A DNA stretch of 64,000 nt from the NCBI GenBank assembly GCA_028023455.1, contig JAQFVV010000002.1:25606001-25670000 (forward strand). The letters are read 5' to 3'. Shown here one piece after another: positions 13,640 through 26,045 of the stretch (its first letter is position 1; every line of letters starts with the position of its first letter). A program made the position numbers and the translations under genes. Below the pieces are notes generated by a model. The model did no database searches and was not told the origin of the DNA. It was given only the letters and a program-made list of their open reading frames with translations. Source of the stretch: Epiperipatus broadwayi. Lineage: Eukaryota > Animalia > Onychophora.

Positions 13640-14076
13640 ACTTTCTTCTCTATCTCATACAACTGATACACATGACCACTGATGCATGCTGGTTCAGCAC
13701 GAAATACATATATTGGAGATCATTTATTTTTTTCATATGTGTGTGGTCGTGTGTATTGGTTGTATGAGATAGAGCAAATGGTTGAAGGGAGCTTGAAAAT
13801 TCTGTGTTCAAATCCCCTATATTACAAATTATCTATATATATATATACCCTGAACAATGATAAAGATATGTGTAAAAGATTGTGGTTTGGGCCAACTGAT
13901 GAGTGCTGTTTCAACACAAAATGCACGTCTTGGGTATCATAGATCTTTTGCACATGTCTTTGGTCATATGTTTATGTTTACATCTTTTCACAAGGTGTTA
14001 AAAGCAGATAGAAACCAGTCCCCCCTTTGTGTGAGAGTGGTGTAATGAAAATTACACTACAGAAATATTATTTATT
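13640..14076. mobile_element. Family B/C fragments with two hammerhead-like motifs
   Basis: Small hairpin 13649-13773 with the motif at 13676-13716. A family C copy, inverted relative to 13290-13370, carries the motif at 13892-13933. Confidence 0.7.
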
Positions 14077-14944
14077 ATAAGAGCAGCTCCTATTCAGCTG
14101 CGATTTTTGTATGCTTGAGTAATCAATCAGTGTTTACCAGATTTTTTTTTTTTTTGCATTTAAATCTCTCATCTTCAAGGTGACTTTTGCTTTGTCTATG
14201 AAGCTTTGAGATTTAAAGTTGACAGCAAATGCAGTCAAGCATCTAAAAAACACCTTATACCATTTTACTATTCAAAATAAAAACCTGAAATTCAAACCAA
14301 CAATAAGATTTAGAAGAGCAGTCAGTCTGTTTGAAGAATTGTATAGATCTTATTCTGGTATCTATATATTTTAATATCCTCAATTCTTTACTAATTGTAT
14401 ATATTTTAATTCCCTGACTAAGATTGTTAATAGTAAATGCAAATCACATAACACTTCCACTTACACAGTATAATAAAACAAAGTTTTCTGCTTTACTGCT
14501 ATCTACTTAAAGTTTGAATAATCAGTGATTATTAATCACTTTATTGCATTTAAACTCCCATTAGGAAACTGATTTTGTTTTATCTTATTCAGTAAGCTGG
14601 GAAAATTGAAAAATTTGCTGTTATTATTAATATTCTTAGCCAAGATAATAAGGTACCTACAAGTACTAAAATATATAGATACTGAACTGGTGTTAGATGT
14701 ACATGATTACTCAAGCAAGTTGATCTTATGTTTTATTTGAGTTTCAAACTTTTGGTTTGAATAGTAAAATGAAGTTAGAGATGATTTCTGGAGCCTTAAG
14801 TGTATCACTTCCAACTTCGAATTCCAAACTTTCATTGGTAAAGGGAAACGCTAAAAACGGATCGGAGAATGGAGATTTAAATGTAATAAAATTACTTAAG
14901 CTTATAGTAGATGACAGTAGAATTGGGAGCTGATCTTGTTTAAT

Positions 14945-15330
14945 AATTGTATTTTTTCAAATTCATATCTCTAAAACCTCCAATCTTTTTACCTTCATTT
15001 TTTCTAATTCTTCACATTCGTTTTCCATATAAAGCTAAAATCCTAATACAACATTTAACACGCGTTTTTAAAAATAAATTAAGTTTTAATGGGCTACATA
15101 ATAATTTTCTAATTTTAATGAAAGCCCATTTAGCCAGTGCAATTTTCGCTTTTAATTTTTTTCATTTTTACTTCCTTTATTAGTTAATCACTTCTCTTTA
15201 ATTTCTTGTTTAATTTTTTTTTTTTCAATAGTTATTTTTATTGCTTTAATTTTGTTTTTATTCTCTCTTCAAACATTCAGCAAACTTTGTCACTCCTTAA
15301 GTATATTTTGATAACTCATCTTTACTGCTA
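14945..15330 (-). mobile_element. Degenerate RTE-like RT C-terminal fragment
   Basis: Minus strand reads KRKIALAKWAFIKIRKLLCS...LALYGKRM, resembling the RTE KRRIALAK.AF..M.KLL...LYG.ETW region. Confidence 0.5.
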
Positions 15331-16062
15331 CATTATTAACAAATCTGATTATAGTGAACTTTAATGTAAATTAAAACAAAAAGTAGATAAGGTATTTATT
15401 TGTCTTACTTTTTTTTTTATGCACTTCTTTCATAAGAAATCTATTTAATCACACAAATATTTTCTAATTTATATAATTTTTAAAAATAGTCTTTTTTTTT
15501 TTTTTTTGAGTCTAATCATTTCATTTTAAATATATTCAACAAAGTGACCAAATTTATTTTATTAAATACCTGTTTGAGGTCTTTAAAGTAAATATTAATC
15601 TTTTTTCCTTTTTCTATATATCTCTTCCTGCGGTGGTTCTTATCATTCCAACCACATTTCTTCTTCAGCTAAATTTTTTAAATACAAGGAACTTTACTAA
15701 TAGAAATATAAAGAATATAAATATCATTTTAGTTATATAGGAGATTAAGATAATTGTTTTAAAGCTCTCACATGTCATTGAATTTAGCCTTTTCTTTAGT
15801 GGAATCACAATCTTGAAAGGAAATCTACTAGTCACTTTCTTGATCATATACACCATGTCTACAGCATTTGGTTCTGAGGCCACCCATTGATATAATAAAT
15901 CTATGGATAGTATCCAAATTTATACTTATAATAGTCAACACAAATATATAAAATTAGATGTTTTTTATCAGTCAGTACTATGTTCAACATATGTGTACAT
16001 TTTTATATAGATTATAAACTTAAAAATTATAAATATATCTATGTATAATAATAATTTCCATC

Positions 16063-17447
16063 ATATTAAAAGAAGCAGGTGAAGAAATAGAAACAATTTT
16101 TAGCAAAGTTATATACCAAATGTCTAAATGATAAAGATGTACCGGAAGATTGGAAGAATGCAGTAATAATATTAATATTTAAAAAAGGTGATAAAGAAGA
16201 TATTAGAAATTACAGACCTATCAGCCTTTTATCAGTTTTATATAAAATTTTTACCAAGATAATTACAACTCGTCTACAGAGAACTTTGGATTTCCACCAA
16301 CCAAGAGAACAAGCTGGATTTAAAAGTGGTTTTAGTACAATAGATCATATCCAGGTATTGAGAGAAGTCATAGAAAGGACAAACGAATATGAGTTGTCAT
16401 TATGTTTTGGATTTGTAGATTATGAAAAGGCATTCGATTCTATACACATTTCTTCAGTGATTAAAGCATTGGATCATCAAGGTATAGATCCAGGATATTG
16501 TCATATTTTAAAGAATATTTATAAAAATGCAACAGCAACAATAGATTACATAATGATACTGGAAAAATCAACATTGAGAAAGGTGTAAGACAAGGTGACT
16601 CCATATCTCCAAAACTCTTTACAGCAGTGCTGCAAGAAGTATTTTGTGGATTAAAATGGGAAACTAAAGGAGTGAAAGTAAATGGAGAGTATTTAAGTCA
16701 TTTAGATTTTGCAGATGATGTAGTTGTTTTTGCAAATAATGCTTCAGAGCTGCAGGAAATGTTGGAGGAGTTAGCAGATGAAAGTAGAAAAGTAGGACTA
16801 AAGATAAATGCTAAAAAGACTAAAGTAATGTTTAATCGATTTGCTCAAAATATGAAAATAAAGATTGATTATGAAGAATTAGAAGAAGTTAACAGTTTAC
16901 CTTGGTCAGATTATTAATACAGATGGAAACATAATGGAGGAAATTAATCATAGAATTAAACTTGGTTGGAGTGCTTTTGGTAGAAATAACTTGATACTAA
17001 AAGGAAATATGCCTATGTGTTTGAAAAGGATGGTTTTTAACAAATGTGTTTTACCAGTTCTTTTGGACACTTAATAGAAGAGCAATACAGAGACTTCAGA
17101 CCACTCAAAGGAGTATGGAGAGATGTATGTTGGGAGTAACAAGAAGAGATCGAAAACGCAATGTATGGGTAAGACAACAAACAGGTGTTACTGACCTTAT
17201 TGAAAAAATTAAAAGATTGAAATGGAGTTGGGCTGGACATATTGCCAGAAGAGATGATAATAGATGGACAATTGAAATTTTAAACTGGATTCCAAGAGAT
17301 TGTAAAAGACCCAGAAAGAGACCACATGTGAGATGGATGGATGAAATAAGAAAATGTGCAGGGGTGTTGTGGAGAAGAGAAGCTAAAGATCAGAGAAGAT
17401 GGATTAAACTTGGAGAGACCTTCATCCTGCAGTGGATTGATAATGGT

Positions 17448-17478
<31 letters not shown>
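16063..17478 (+). mobile_element. 5'-truncated RTE-clade LINE (RT domain to 3' end) with (TGA/GAT)n tail
   Basis: VPEDWKNAVIILIFKKGDKEDIRNYRPISLLS, EQAGF, FVDYEKAFDS, GVRQGDSISPKLF, HLDFADD, KWSWAGHIARR, RP..RWMD. About three frameshift or deletion lesions; ends in about 10 TGA repeats (17448-17478). Confidence 0.95.
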
Positions 17479-17536
17479 AATAATTAATAAAATAAGATAC
17501 AAATTGGGTAACTTGCTTTTAAGCTTGTATTAAAAT

Positions 17537-17588
17537 GTTAACTAGAGGGAGCTTACCACTAGCTCCAATCAAGCCCCCTCTAGTGAAC
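17537..17588. repeat. Short hairpin (about 52 nt)
   Basis: gttaactagagggagctt ... aagccccctctagtgaac. Confidence 0.6.
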
Positions 17589-17705
17589 ATATCTATGTAT
17601 GTATATACGTGTATAAAATACCATAAACACATGTTTAAAACATTCTTTTAAAAAGGGTTGTGATGATGGTGTTTTAGTTGTATTTATATATTGAACTATT
17701 TCCAT

Positions 17706-17903
17706 CATCTAATATGAGTATTGAATGTCTTTAGAAAAATTTAACTTTACTTAAATATTCTAAACCCATTCAACTATTAGTGATAGCACACAGGTTAGTC
17801 TATGCACATACTAACCTGTATGCTATCACTAATAATTGAATGTATTTGGAATATTTAAGTAAAGTTAAATTTTTCTAAAGACATTCAATATTCATATTAG
17901 ATG
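17706..17903. repeat. Fold-back element, 94-bp arms, 10-nt loop
   Basis: 17706-17799 is the reverse complement of 17810-17903 with few mismatches. Confidence 0.9.
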
Positions 17904-18368
17904 AATTCCTTAAAAAGTTTGTTTTTTATAATTTTTGACTTTTCGTTGTGTAATAAAAGCATACAATATTTACATTTGATAAAAACTGATTCAGATTTTT
18001 TTTAAAAAAAAATACAAATTAACTTTAAAATTAAAATTTTTAAAAATTACTTATGCACATTATGACATCAGTAATTATTAATTTTTTGTTTTATTCTTTT
18101 TTTGCTAATATTGATGGTGAAAAGATGCAAATAATATAGGATCTAAGTTTTATTAAATTCACTGTCATTTCTAGCATATGCTTGTTTTAGCAAAGATAGT
18201 CACTGCAGACTCCAATGCTGATGTGATATTATGTAAAATGATTTTTATTTTAATGCAGTCAGAAGTTTCTATGTATATGTTGTATGGCCAGAGAATCTAC
18301 TAATCAAATTAAACATTCCTTTTAAAATTGTTATATACCACAGTAAACTCTTATTCTATATATGTTTT

Positions 18369-18451
18369 GCATTGGTGGTCGAGAGGTCAGCGCGACTGCC
18401 TTGCACATGCAGGCAGTTGCCCGGGTTGCAGGTTCGCGTCCTGGCCGATGC
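18369..18451 (+). pseudogene. tRNA-Gly(TCC)-derived pseudogene or SINE-like unit
   Basis: GCATTGGTGG...GGTCAGC..ACTGCCTTGCA..GCAGTTGCCCGGGTT..GGTTCGCGTCCTGGCCGATGC. A- and B-box-like motifs; acceptor stem of Gly type. Confidence 0.7.
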
Positions 18452-18732
18452 TATGACACTTAAAAAAAACAACAACTCTTATTCTATATTATTGTATCAT
18501 TCTTCCAGCTCTGTTTATTTCTTTTTTTTCTTCTATTCCATTATAATAAAAACTATTTTATCATAATATTTGAATGTTTAAATTTATTCAACTTTAATCA
18601 TGATTATTTTATATTGTCAAATCAAGATTATAGTAGTCTCGCATTTGGTATTTCTTTGAAATAGGCTTTACACATTTCATTTAGAGGGTGTTAATTAACT
18701 ATTAGCTCTTTTTTTTTTTTTTATATGTCAAA

Positions 18733-18802
18733 GCATTGACCGGAAAGCGAACCTGGGCCGACTGCTTGAAGGGCATTACACTAACTGCTAGGCCAACAAT
18801 GC
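18733..18802 (-). pseudogene. tRNA-Gly(TCC)-derived pseudogene or SINE-like unit
   Basis: Minus strand GCATTGTTGGCCTAGCAGTTAGTGTAATGCCCTTCAAGCAGTCGGCCCAGGTTCGCTTTCCGGTCAATGC aligns to the canonical Gly-TCC GCCTTCCAAGCAGTTGACCCGGGTTCGATTCCCGGCCAA pattern. Confidence 0.7.
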
Positions 18803-19283
18803 TTGACAACTATTAGCTCATTGTCTATTGATAAGTGATTTTAGTTCATAAAACATGTCTTGGGAAAGCTAATTTTCTGATTTGTTAAACTTTGTATTGA
18901 TTTATATGTTTATTTCAGAATAGTAGTTTGCATATTTTGATTATAACATAATGGGTTAATTTATTAATTAATATTTAAAGTTTTAATATGTAGTTGATTT
19001 CAATTCTGCTTTACTATATTTTAATGTAAAAGTTAAATGTTTAAATTTGTTAATCTACATAGTGATTATTTCAGTCCTTTTAAGATCAAAGCAGTCTTGT
19101 TTTGATATTTATTTGAAAAGAGCTTTATATATCACATTGATGTGTATTAGATAGTAGCTCACTGTCAATGTATGAATCAAGTTGAAGTTATAAAATAGTT
19201 GGTTAAATTAAGTTGAATTAGTTAAAGTAATTTGATTTACAAATTTAATCCAGTTCAGCAGAATGCATATTTAAAATATATAA

Positions 19284-19843
19284 TATATAGGGTATATGAG
19301 CACAGACTTTCACATGAGCCACTGCTCACCACTCTATCTTATATCACTGAAGCACTCAAACACATATATGTCGAAAAGATAAATAATCACCAATATACAT
19401 ATTTCATGCTAAACTAGCATTTATCAGTTGGTCCAGATTATCAACTCTACACATATTTGCAATAAGTGCTCAGATATATATTAAGATAGCCAATCTTTAT
19501 ACTTTAAAGGACAGGCTTTAATTGGATGGACAGTTGAAGAGTTGGAATGTGAAGTGAATTGAAGCCTGTCCATTAAAGTATGAAGATTGGCTATCTTAAT
19601 ATAAAGCTGAGCACTGGTTGCATATATGTGTGGAGATGGTAATCTGGACCAACTGATGATTGCTAATTTAGCATGAAATACGTATATTGGTAATTATTTA
19701 TCTTTTTGACATATATGTGTTTGAGTGCTTCAGTGATATGAGATAGAATGGTGAGCAGTGGGTTGTGTGAAAGTCTGTGTTTATATACCCTATATATTAC
19801 ATATATTGATACAGGTATATAATAAGCCTGTATTTCAGTTATT
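19284..19843. mobile_element. Fold-back element, family B copy 2 (centre deleted)
   Basis: Arms 19284-19518 and about 19560-19796, same 3' tail as copy 1. Best-preserved hammerhead core at 19648-19691. Confidence 0.92.
19648..19691 (+). ncRNA. Type I hammerhead-ribozyme-like motif (family B)
   Basis: ACCAA-CTGATGA-T-TGCTA-ATT-TAGCA-T-GAAA-TACGTAT-A-TTGGT: stem I 5 bp, intact core, palindromic stem III ATACGTAT, AUA cleavage triplet; T.T at 10.1/11.1. Confidence 0.75.
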
Positions 19844-20843
19844 TAAAATATATGTAATTTAAAATATACAACTCTCTGGAGACGTTTAAAATATTATTTG
19901 CAGAATGTCAAGAAATATATTATTCTTTCACATTCTCATACCTATAAAAATAGCTTTCTGGGTTTAAATTCATATAAGAACTTGGGTTTGAAGTAAAAGA
20001 GGACCTTCTTTTTACTTCAGCAAAAAATTCCAACAAATGAGCTATTATAAGTTAATGAGTGAACTTGTTTAACCTCAGGGATTGTCAATTAGTAGTAATT
20101 GATAGTTTCTTAGCAACATCAACAGCTAAAAAAGTTATCTCTGTTTATATGGGTATAATATTTTCATTTGTATTCTTTATTATAACAATCCATGGAAATA
20201 TTTAATTCAATATTTATATTCAATTATATTTTGAATAATATAATTTTGTTATTTATGCTAAATATTATGTAAGATAATTAAATGTGATATATAATCAAAT
20301 GTAATTACATAAATGTGTAAAGCATTCTTAAGCATCTATTACGTAAAATAAATTATTTATACCACGAGACTACTTTTTTTTTGTTTTATAATTATATATA
20401 TTCTTATAATTTTAATATGCTTTTAAATAAGCTATGACTATTAAATATGTAGTGCTGACAATATACAGTCCGAATGTGTATATCATAATAATAATTCACA
20501 AATCAAACTCTTTAGAATCATTTTATTAAGCTTGAAAATAATTCTTACTTTCTCATTTCAATGCCAATTTATTGGTTTCATAAAAATGGTCTTCTTTTAC
20601 CCCATCACTATGCTATTATATAGCAGATAAGTCAAATATTGATAATTGAAAGGTGAAATTTTGTATTAACTGAAAAATATTAATAAAACCAGCTTACAAT
20701 TTCAAATAATAATCAAACTATAAATTTTAATAATTTTAATAAACATATAAATAAACGATGACTATCAAATATATAATACAGAGAATATATAATAATCTTA
20801 CTCATGGAATGAATAAGTCCAATAAGTCAGATCCCATAAAATC

Positions 20844-21448
20844 ATAAGAAATGTGGACTTAATCAGTAAAGTATTGAATAGCTTCACGCTCACAGATCTA
20901 ACCGCTTCAGCTTCACCTATTTAAATAGAAAGTAGGTTGAAGTAAAGAAGGGTTCCCCTCTTTTCTTCCATAGTGTAAGCTTATGGTTAAAACACCTGTA
21001 GAGGTCCCTACTATCACATTTTACACGCATATTATCGAGGTTATAGCCTCGGTAAATATTACTTACGTAATCAATGTGTGTTTAATAAATTTATAATTAC
21101 AACTTTAAATTACTTTAATAGATTTCTAACTATAAAATCTTTCTATTGACTCGTTGTAAATCGAAAGATTTCGCGAGTATTAATGTGTAATAAGAAATGT
21201 GGACTTAATCAGTGAAGTATTGAATAGCTTCACGCTCGCAGATCTAACCGCTTCAACTTCACCTATTTAAATAGAAAGTAGGTTGAAGTAAAGAAGGATT
21301 CCCCTCTTTTTTTCCATAGCGTTAGCTTGTGGTTAAAACACCTGTAGAGATCCCTACTATCGTATTTTACATGCATATTATCAAGGTTATAGCCTCAGTA
21401 AATATTACGTAATCAACGTGCGTTTAATAAATTTATAATTACAACTTT
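20844..21448 (+). repeat. 346-bp tandem unit, about 1.75 copies
   Basis: ataagaaatgtggactt at 20844 and 21190 (period 346). The same unit occurs at 31749-32531 and as a fragment at 48245-48375. Confidence 0.9.
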
Positions 21449-23267
21449 GATAAAGTTGTAACACTCACTTTCTCATATCAATGTATCAGATAACAAATGG
21501 TCCACTTTTATCTAACCACTATGCTGTTATATGGTAGATAAATGAAACATTGCCGAACGAATAGGCATGAAACTTTATATTAATATTGATCTTCATAAAG
21601 ATTTAATCAAATCTATCTTACAACTTTATATGTTAATTCAAGATGTAAATTCTAATTATTTTAAAAAACACAAAAATAAACTAACGTTATTAAATAGTTC
21701 TGAGAATATACAATTTTATTTATAGAGTAACTAAATCTGAATATGAATAGCATAATAATAATTCACGAGTCCGATTCTATAGTATCTACTTAATAAACTT
21801 GTAAATATTGTTCACTTCTTCATAGCAATGTCAATTTATAAATTATATAAAAAGTCTACTTTACTCAACCACCTCACTGTTTACAGTTGATAAATCAAAC
21901 TTTATGATGAGTAGATAAAAATGGTCCAGTTTATATAAATGATAAATTGGCATTGATATAAAAATATAAGCATTATTTATAACTTTATTAAAATGACTTT
22001 ATAGGGTTAGACTTGCGAATGAGGATTTTGGTGTATACATTCAAAGTTAGTTGCTCTGTAGATAAAATTATATATTGCCAACATTACATATTTAATAGGC
22101 CTATTTATATGCTTAATCATATTATTATAATAATTAAAAAAGCAAGTCATATATAACGTGACATTACTTTTAATGAGCTTGTAGTTACAAAAATGCACAT
22201 AGAGAGCGTACCAATAGCTCAAACAAGCTCGTAATTAACTTTGCATTTTGATTGTTATTTGAAGCTATAAATTTGCTTGATTATTATTTTATGAAGATCA
22301 CTGCTAACATGAAGTTTCACTCCTTTAGAATGTCATTGTTTGATTTATCAACCATATGACGTGGTAGTTGTGTAATAGTAGACCATTTTTAATCTAACTG
22401 ATAAATTGGCATTATTATGACAAAATGAGCAGAATTTACACATTTATTCAAATGTCTTGTGAATTATTATTTAAATACGCTTATTTAGCCTTAATTGTTC
22501 CATATTCAGAAATTTATGCTATTACCTTTGGTTATTTTCCCATAACATTCAGATATCTATTTTTGGGCGGATGTATTCTAGCAGTATAATCTGAGTAATA
22601 GCCTCACAATATTCATAAAATTTCACAATATTATGAAACAATATAGATATTATTTAGCCATATTGTGCATGTCATAATTGTTTGAATTCAAAAATAAGGA
22701 ATTTTTATTTTATTAGAGAATTACGTGAATATTTTCAAAATAATTTTAATTTTGGGAAGTATTTTTGTAAGAATATCATTTCATAGCATTCAATTGGGTA
22801 AAGTTGAATTATTTATCCAATTCAACCCAGATGAAATGAAATATCATGGAATTTAAAATTACATTGAAAGCTTTATTGTTTTATGAAAAAGTTTTAGGTG
22901 GCAGACTTAATAAAATTTATGATATTAATCTAATTATGAGATATTAAACTATCTTCAGTAATGTTCAAGTGTTTATTTGTCATTTAATTGTAATTTTTTA
23001 CTATGGTCTCATTTGAATTTGCTTTCAAATAGAAAACTTTTCTGAATGTGTGAATATGTTCTTAAGAATTGAGAAAAACTAAGTTATATGTTGAAAATTC
23101 AAAGCTTTGATGTAAATGTTGACAATTGTTATTTTATTTTATAATTCACATTTTATAATATTCTTTTAGAAATTGAATTCAGAAGTTTGTGGTAAACTCC
23201 TCTCCCTCCTTTGTACATTGATGTTAAAATCTATTTTTGTTTATTTTTTTTTATTTGTGTTATGTAG

Positions 23268-23460
23268 GTGTTGGTCCGATTATGCAGCCATGTTGCTCCT
23301 GCTGAAGAATTGGCGAGAAAAGATGATCTCACTTTACTATTTAGTGCCATCACCAGCTGGTGCCCCCCTCACAATGTTCCTTGGAGAAAAAGTGCTGCTG
23401 AAGTTCTTATGACACTATCCAGACACGGACTGAGTCCATCTGTCGTCACTTACATTCATA
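23268..23460 (+). CDS. WDFY3: WDFY3 coding exon
   Basis: tgtAG acceptor, GTGAGT donor, phase 0 to 1. VLVRLCSHVAPAEELARKDDLTLLFSAITSWCPPHNVPWRKSAAEVLMTLSRHGLSPSVVTYIH. Confidence 0.97.
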
Positions 23461-24169
23461 GTGAGTAGTTTTTATTTTGTTTTTCTTAATGCTTACTTGC
23501 AAACAAAAATTAAAAAAACTATGGAAGTCATAAGAAATTCAATTTGAGTAATAAAAAAAATGCATTACAATTAAATCTTTTGCAATACAGCAGAATGCAG
23601 ACAGTAATTTTAAAATTAACCTACAATACATAGATCACCTGGATATTGATTTACATATTGTTACTCAGATATTAATAACATCAAAAATACTAAAAATCGA
23701 CTTTTATTTTAGAATTTTTTGTGTGTTTTGGTATAATTTCCATTTTTTATTAAATTTTTTTTTTTGCATCTTTTTGTTTATTCTTACCTTATTGTCATTT
23801 TTTTTTGTGCATGTATGTACTATTCCTTTTTTTCTTTTCAGTATGTATATTTCCTTTCCTTTCATTCTCTGTTTTTACACAAGTGTTTTGCTTTGCAAGT
23901 ACTTTCATATTTATCCCATCTTAGTTTATTTACATAATCACTCTTCCTTTTATTTTAAAAAATAAAGTTTATTTTTATATATATTTATATAGTGGAACCA
24001 TCATATATATAGTATATTTTGTTCCATGCACTCTTTGTGTACTCATGTTTGTTTATATAACCATTGATTACAGTATAACATTATCATGGATTAATGAGAT
24101 GTAAGATAAGTATTAAGAGTGATTAAAACTATTAAAATAGATAGTATTATCAGTTGATATTTTTAATCT

Positions 24170-26045
24170 TCAGAAACACTCTAGTAAATTTAAATTAGAA
24201 CTTGCTAATCATTTTAAAATATTGACAGATTCCGAAATTAATTCAAACATAACTGAGATGAATAAGAGGATAACAGATATTTTATTAAGAATTTCAACAA
24301 AGACAGCTGTACAAAAATAGCAGTTTACTAGTGGAATCTTCAACTAGGACAACACAGTATATAAAAAAATGAGTATGAAAATATGTAATGATCCATTAAA
24401 AAAAATTCAATATCTAGTATTTTATAAAATGATTTGAAAAAGAATCAATAATGCTATAAGAAAATATAACTGTGAATTGGCAAGGAAACCTGTAGAATAG
24501 AATATGTCTCAAAAATGTAAAATAGCAACTTAGTTTTGAAAAGAAAATTATTTTAATAATAAGAAAGAAAAATGAAATTATTACTAAAGTGAGAAATGTC
24601 ATCATGAAATATAATGGAAGAGTTTTATAAAGAATTATATAATAGTATTAAAGAACCAGAAAACAAAGTGTCCCCTACAATTATTATATCTTCTGAATTG
24701 CCAAGTGGTTTAAATGAAGAGGTGAGACATGTAATTAAATCTATGAAGAAGGGAAAAGTTCTAGGAAATGATGGAATTATGATTGATATTTTACAGTAAG
24801 TAGGTAAAAAAATATAAAAATTGTTGTTAAATCTATATACCACATGTCTAATTTATAAAACTGTATTCCATGAGTGGAAAAAATGTAGTATGAAAGGTGA
24901 TAAAGATATTCTATCAGTGCTTTATCAGTCTCAGACAAAATCTTTATCAAGATAGCTTCAATCCATTGACAACAAACTTTGAATTTAAATCAACCAAAAG
25001 AACAAGCTGGATTTAAAAATAGTTTTAGCAGAGGGATTATATCTAAGTATTGAGAAGAATTATAAAAAGAATCAAGGAATATGAGTTGTCATTTTGTTTT
25101 GAATTTACATATTATGAGAAAGCATTTCCCTAATGATTAAAACTTTGGTTCATCAAGATATAGACCTAAGATATTGGCATATTTTTAAGAATATTTATCA
25201 TATTACCAATATACAACAGCAATGATTAAATTACATGGTAACACGAAGATGACAGAATGATTCGCATATCTCCATAACTTTTTACACTAGCTTTACAAGA
25301 ATATTTTCTGAATAAAAATCGAAAGCTAAGACAGTACAAATTTGTGGTAATTATTTAAGTATCTAGATTTTGCAAATAATGCTTCAGTGTTTCAGGAAAT
25401 GTTGCAAGAATTACCAAATGAATACAGAAAAAGTGACAAAAGTTAAGTATTAAAATAATTTTTGATGTATCTTTTCAGAAAAATAAAATAAAAATGGATA
25501 ATAATCAGTTAGACTTCAAATATTTTAGTCAGATTATTAGTACAGATGGGGAACATAATGCATGAAATGAGTTATATTAAACTTGGAAGGAGTGCTTTGT
25601 TACTAAAAGGAAATAAGTTTATACATTTGAAAAGGAAAGTTTTTAATAGATATGCTTTATCATTTCTTACTTATGGATCTGAGACTTGGACACTTCTTAG
25701 AGAAGCAATGCAGAAACTTTAGACCACTCAATGAAGTATGGAGAGATGCAGGTTAAGAGTAAGTAATATGAAGGGATTGAAAATGAATATACGGGCATTA
25801 TTGACATTATTGAAAAAGTTAACTAATTGAAATGGAGCTGAGCTAAATATATTATTAGAAAAGATGATAATAGATGGAATGAAGTTTTAAACTGGATACC
25901 AAAGATTACAAAATACTTACACGGAGGTCACATGTTAGATGGATGGATAGTATAAGAAATTGTTAATGTAAAGAAGAGCTATTGATCAGGAAAACTGGAT
26001 TATACTTGGAGAAACTTTATCCTGCAATAGATCGATAATAGTTGA
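24170..26045 (+). mobile_element. Older degenerate copy of the same RTE family as 16063-17478
   Basis: Colinear similarity (caaccaaaagaacaagctggatttaaa, ctagattttgcaaataatgcttca, aaatggagctgagct, ggagaaactttatcctgcaata). Includes extra upstream linker; many stops. Confidence 0.88.

Noticed and set aside
14200-14940. Possible plus-strand RTE RT remnant and nearby GWP-like Gypsy fragment at 15800-15890
   Set aside because: Similarity limited to a few scattered residues; not supportable without a profile search.
20935-20980. Helitron reading of the 346-bp unit (GC hairpin followed by CTAA/CATAG)
   Set aside because: No 5' TC end, and the 31.7-kb insertion has a 13-bp TSD, which Helitrons do not create.
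20844-21448. Hammerhead within the 346-bp unit (minus-strand CTGATTA...GCGAAATC; plus-strand CGAAAGAT)
   Set aside because: G8 is missing and stems I and II do not pair convincingly; only the GNRA hairpin is supported.
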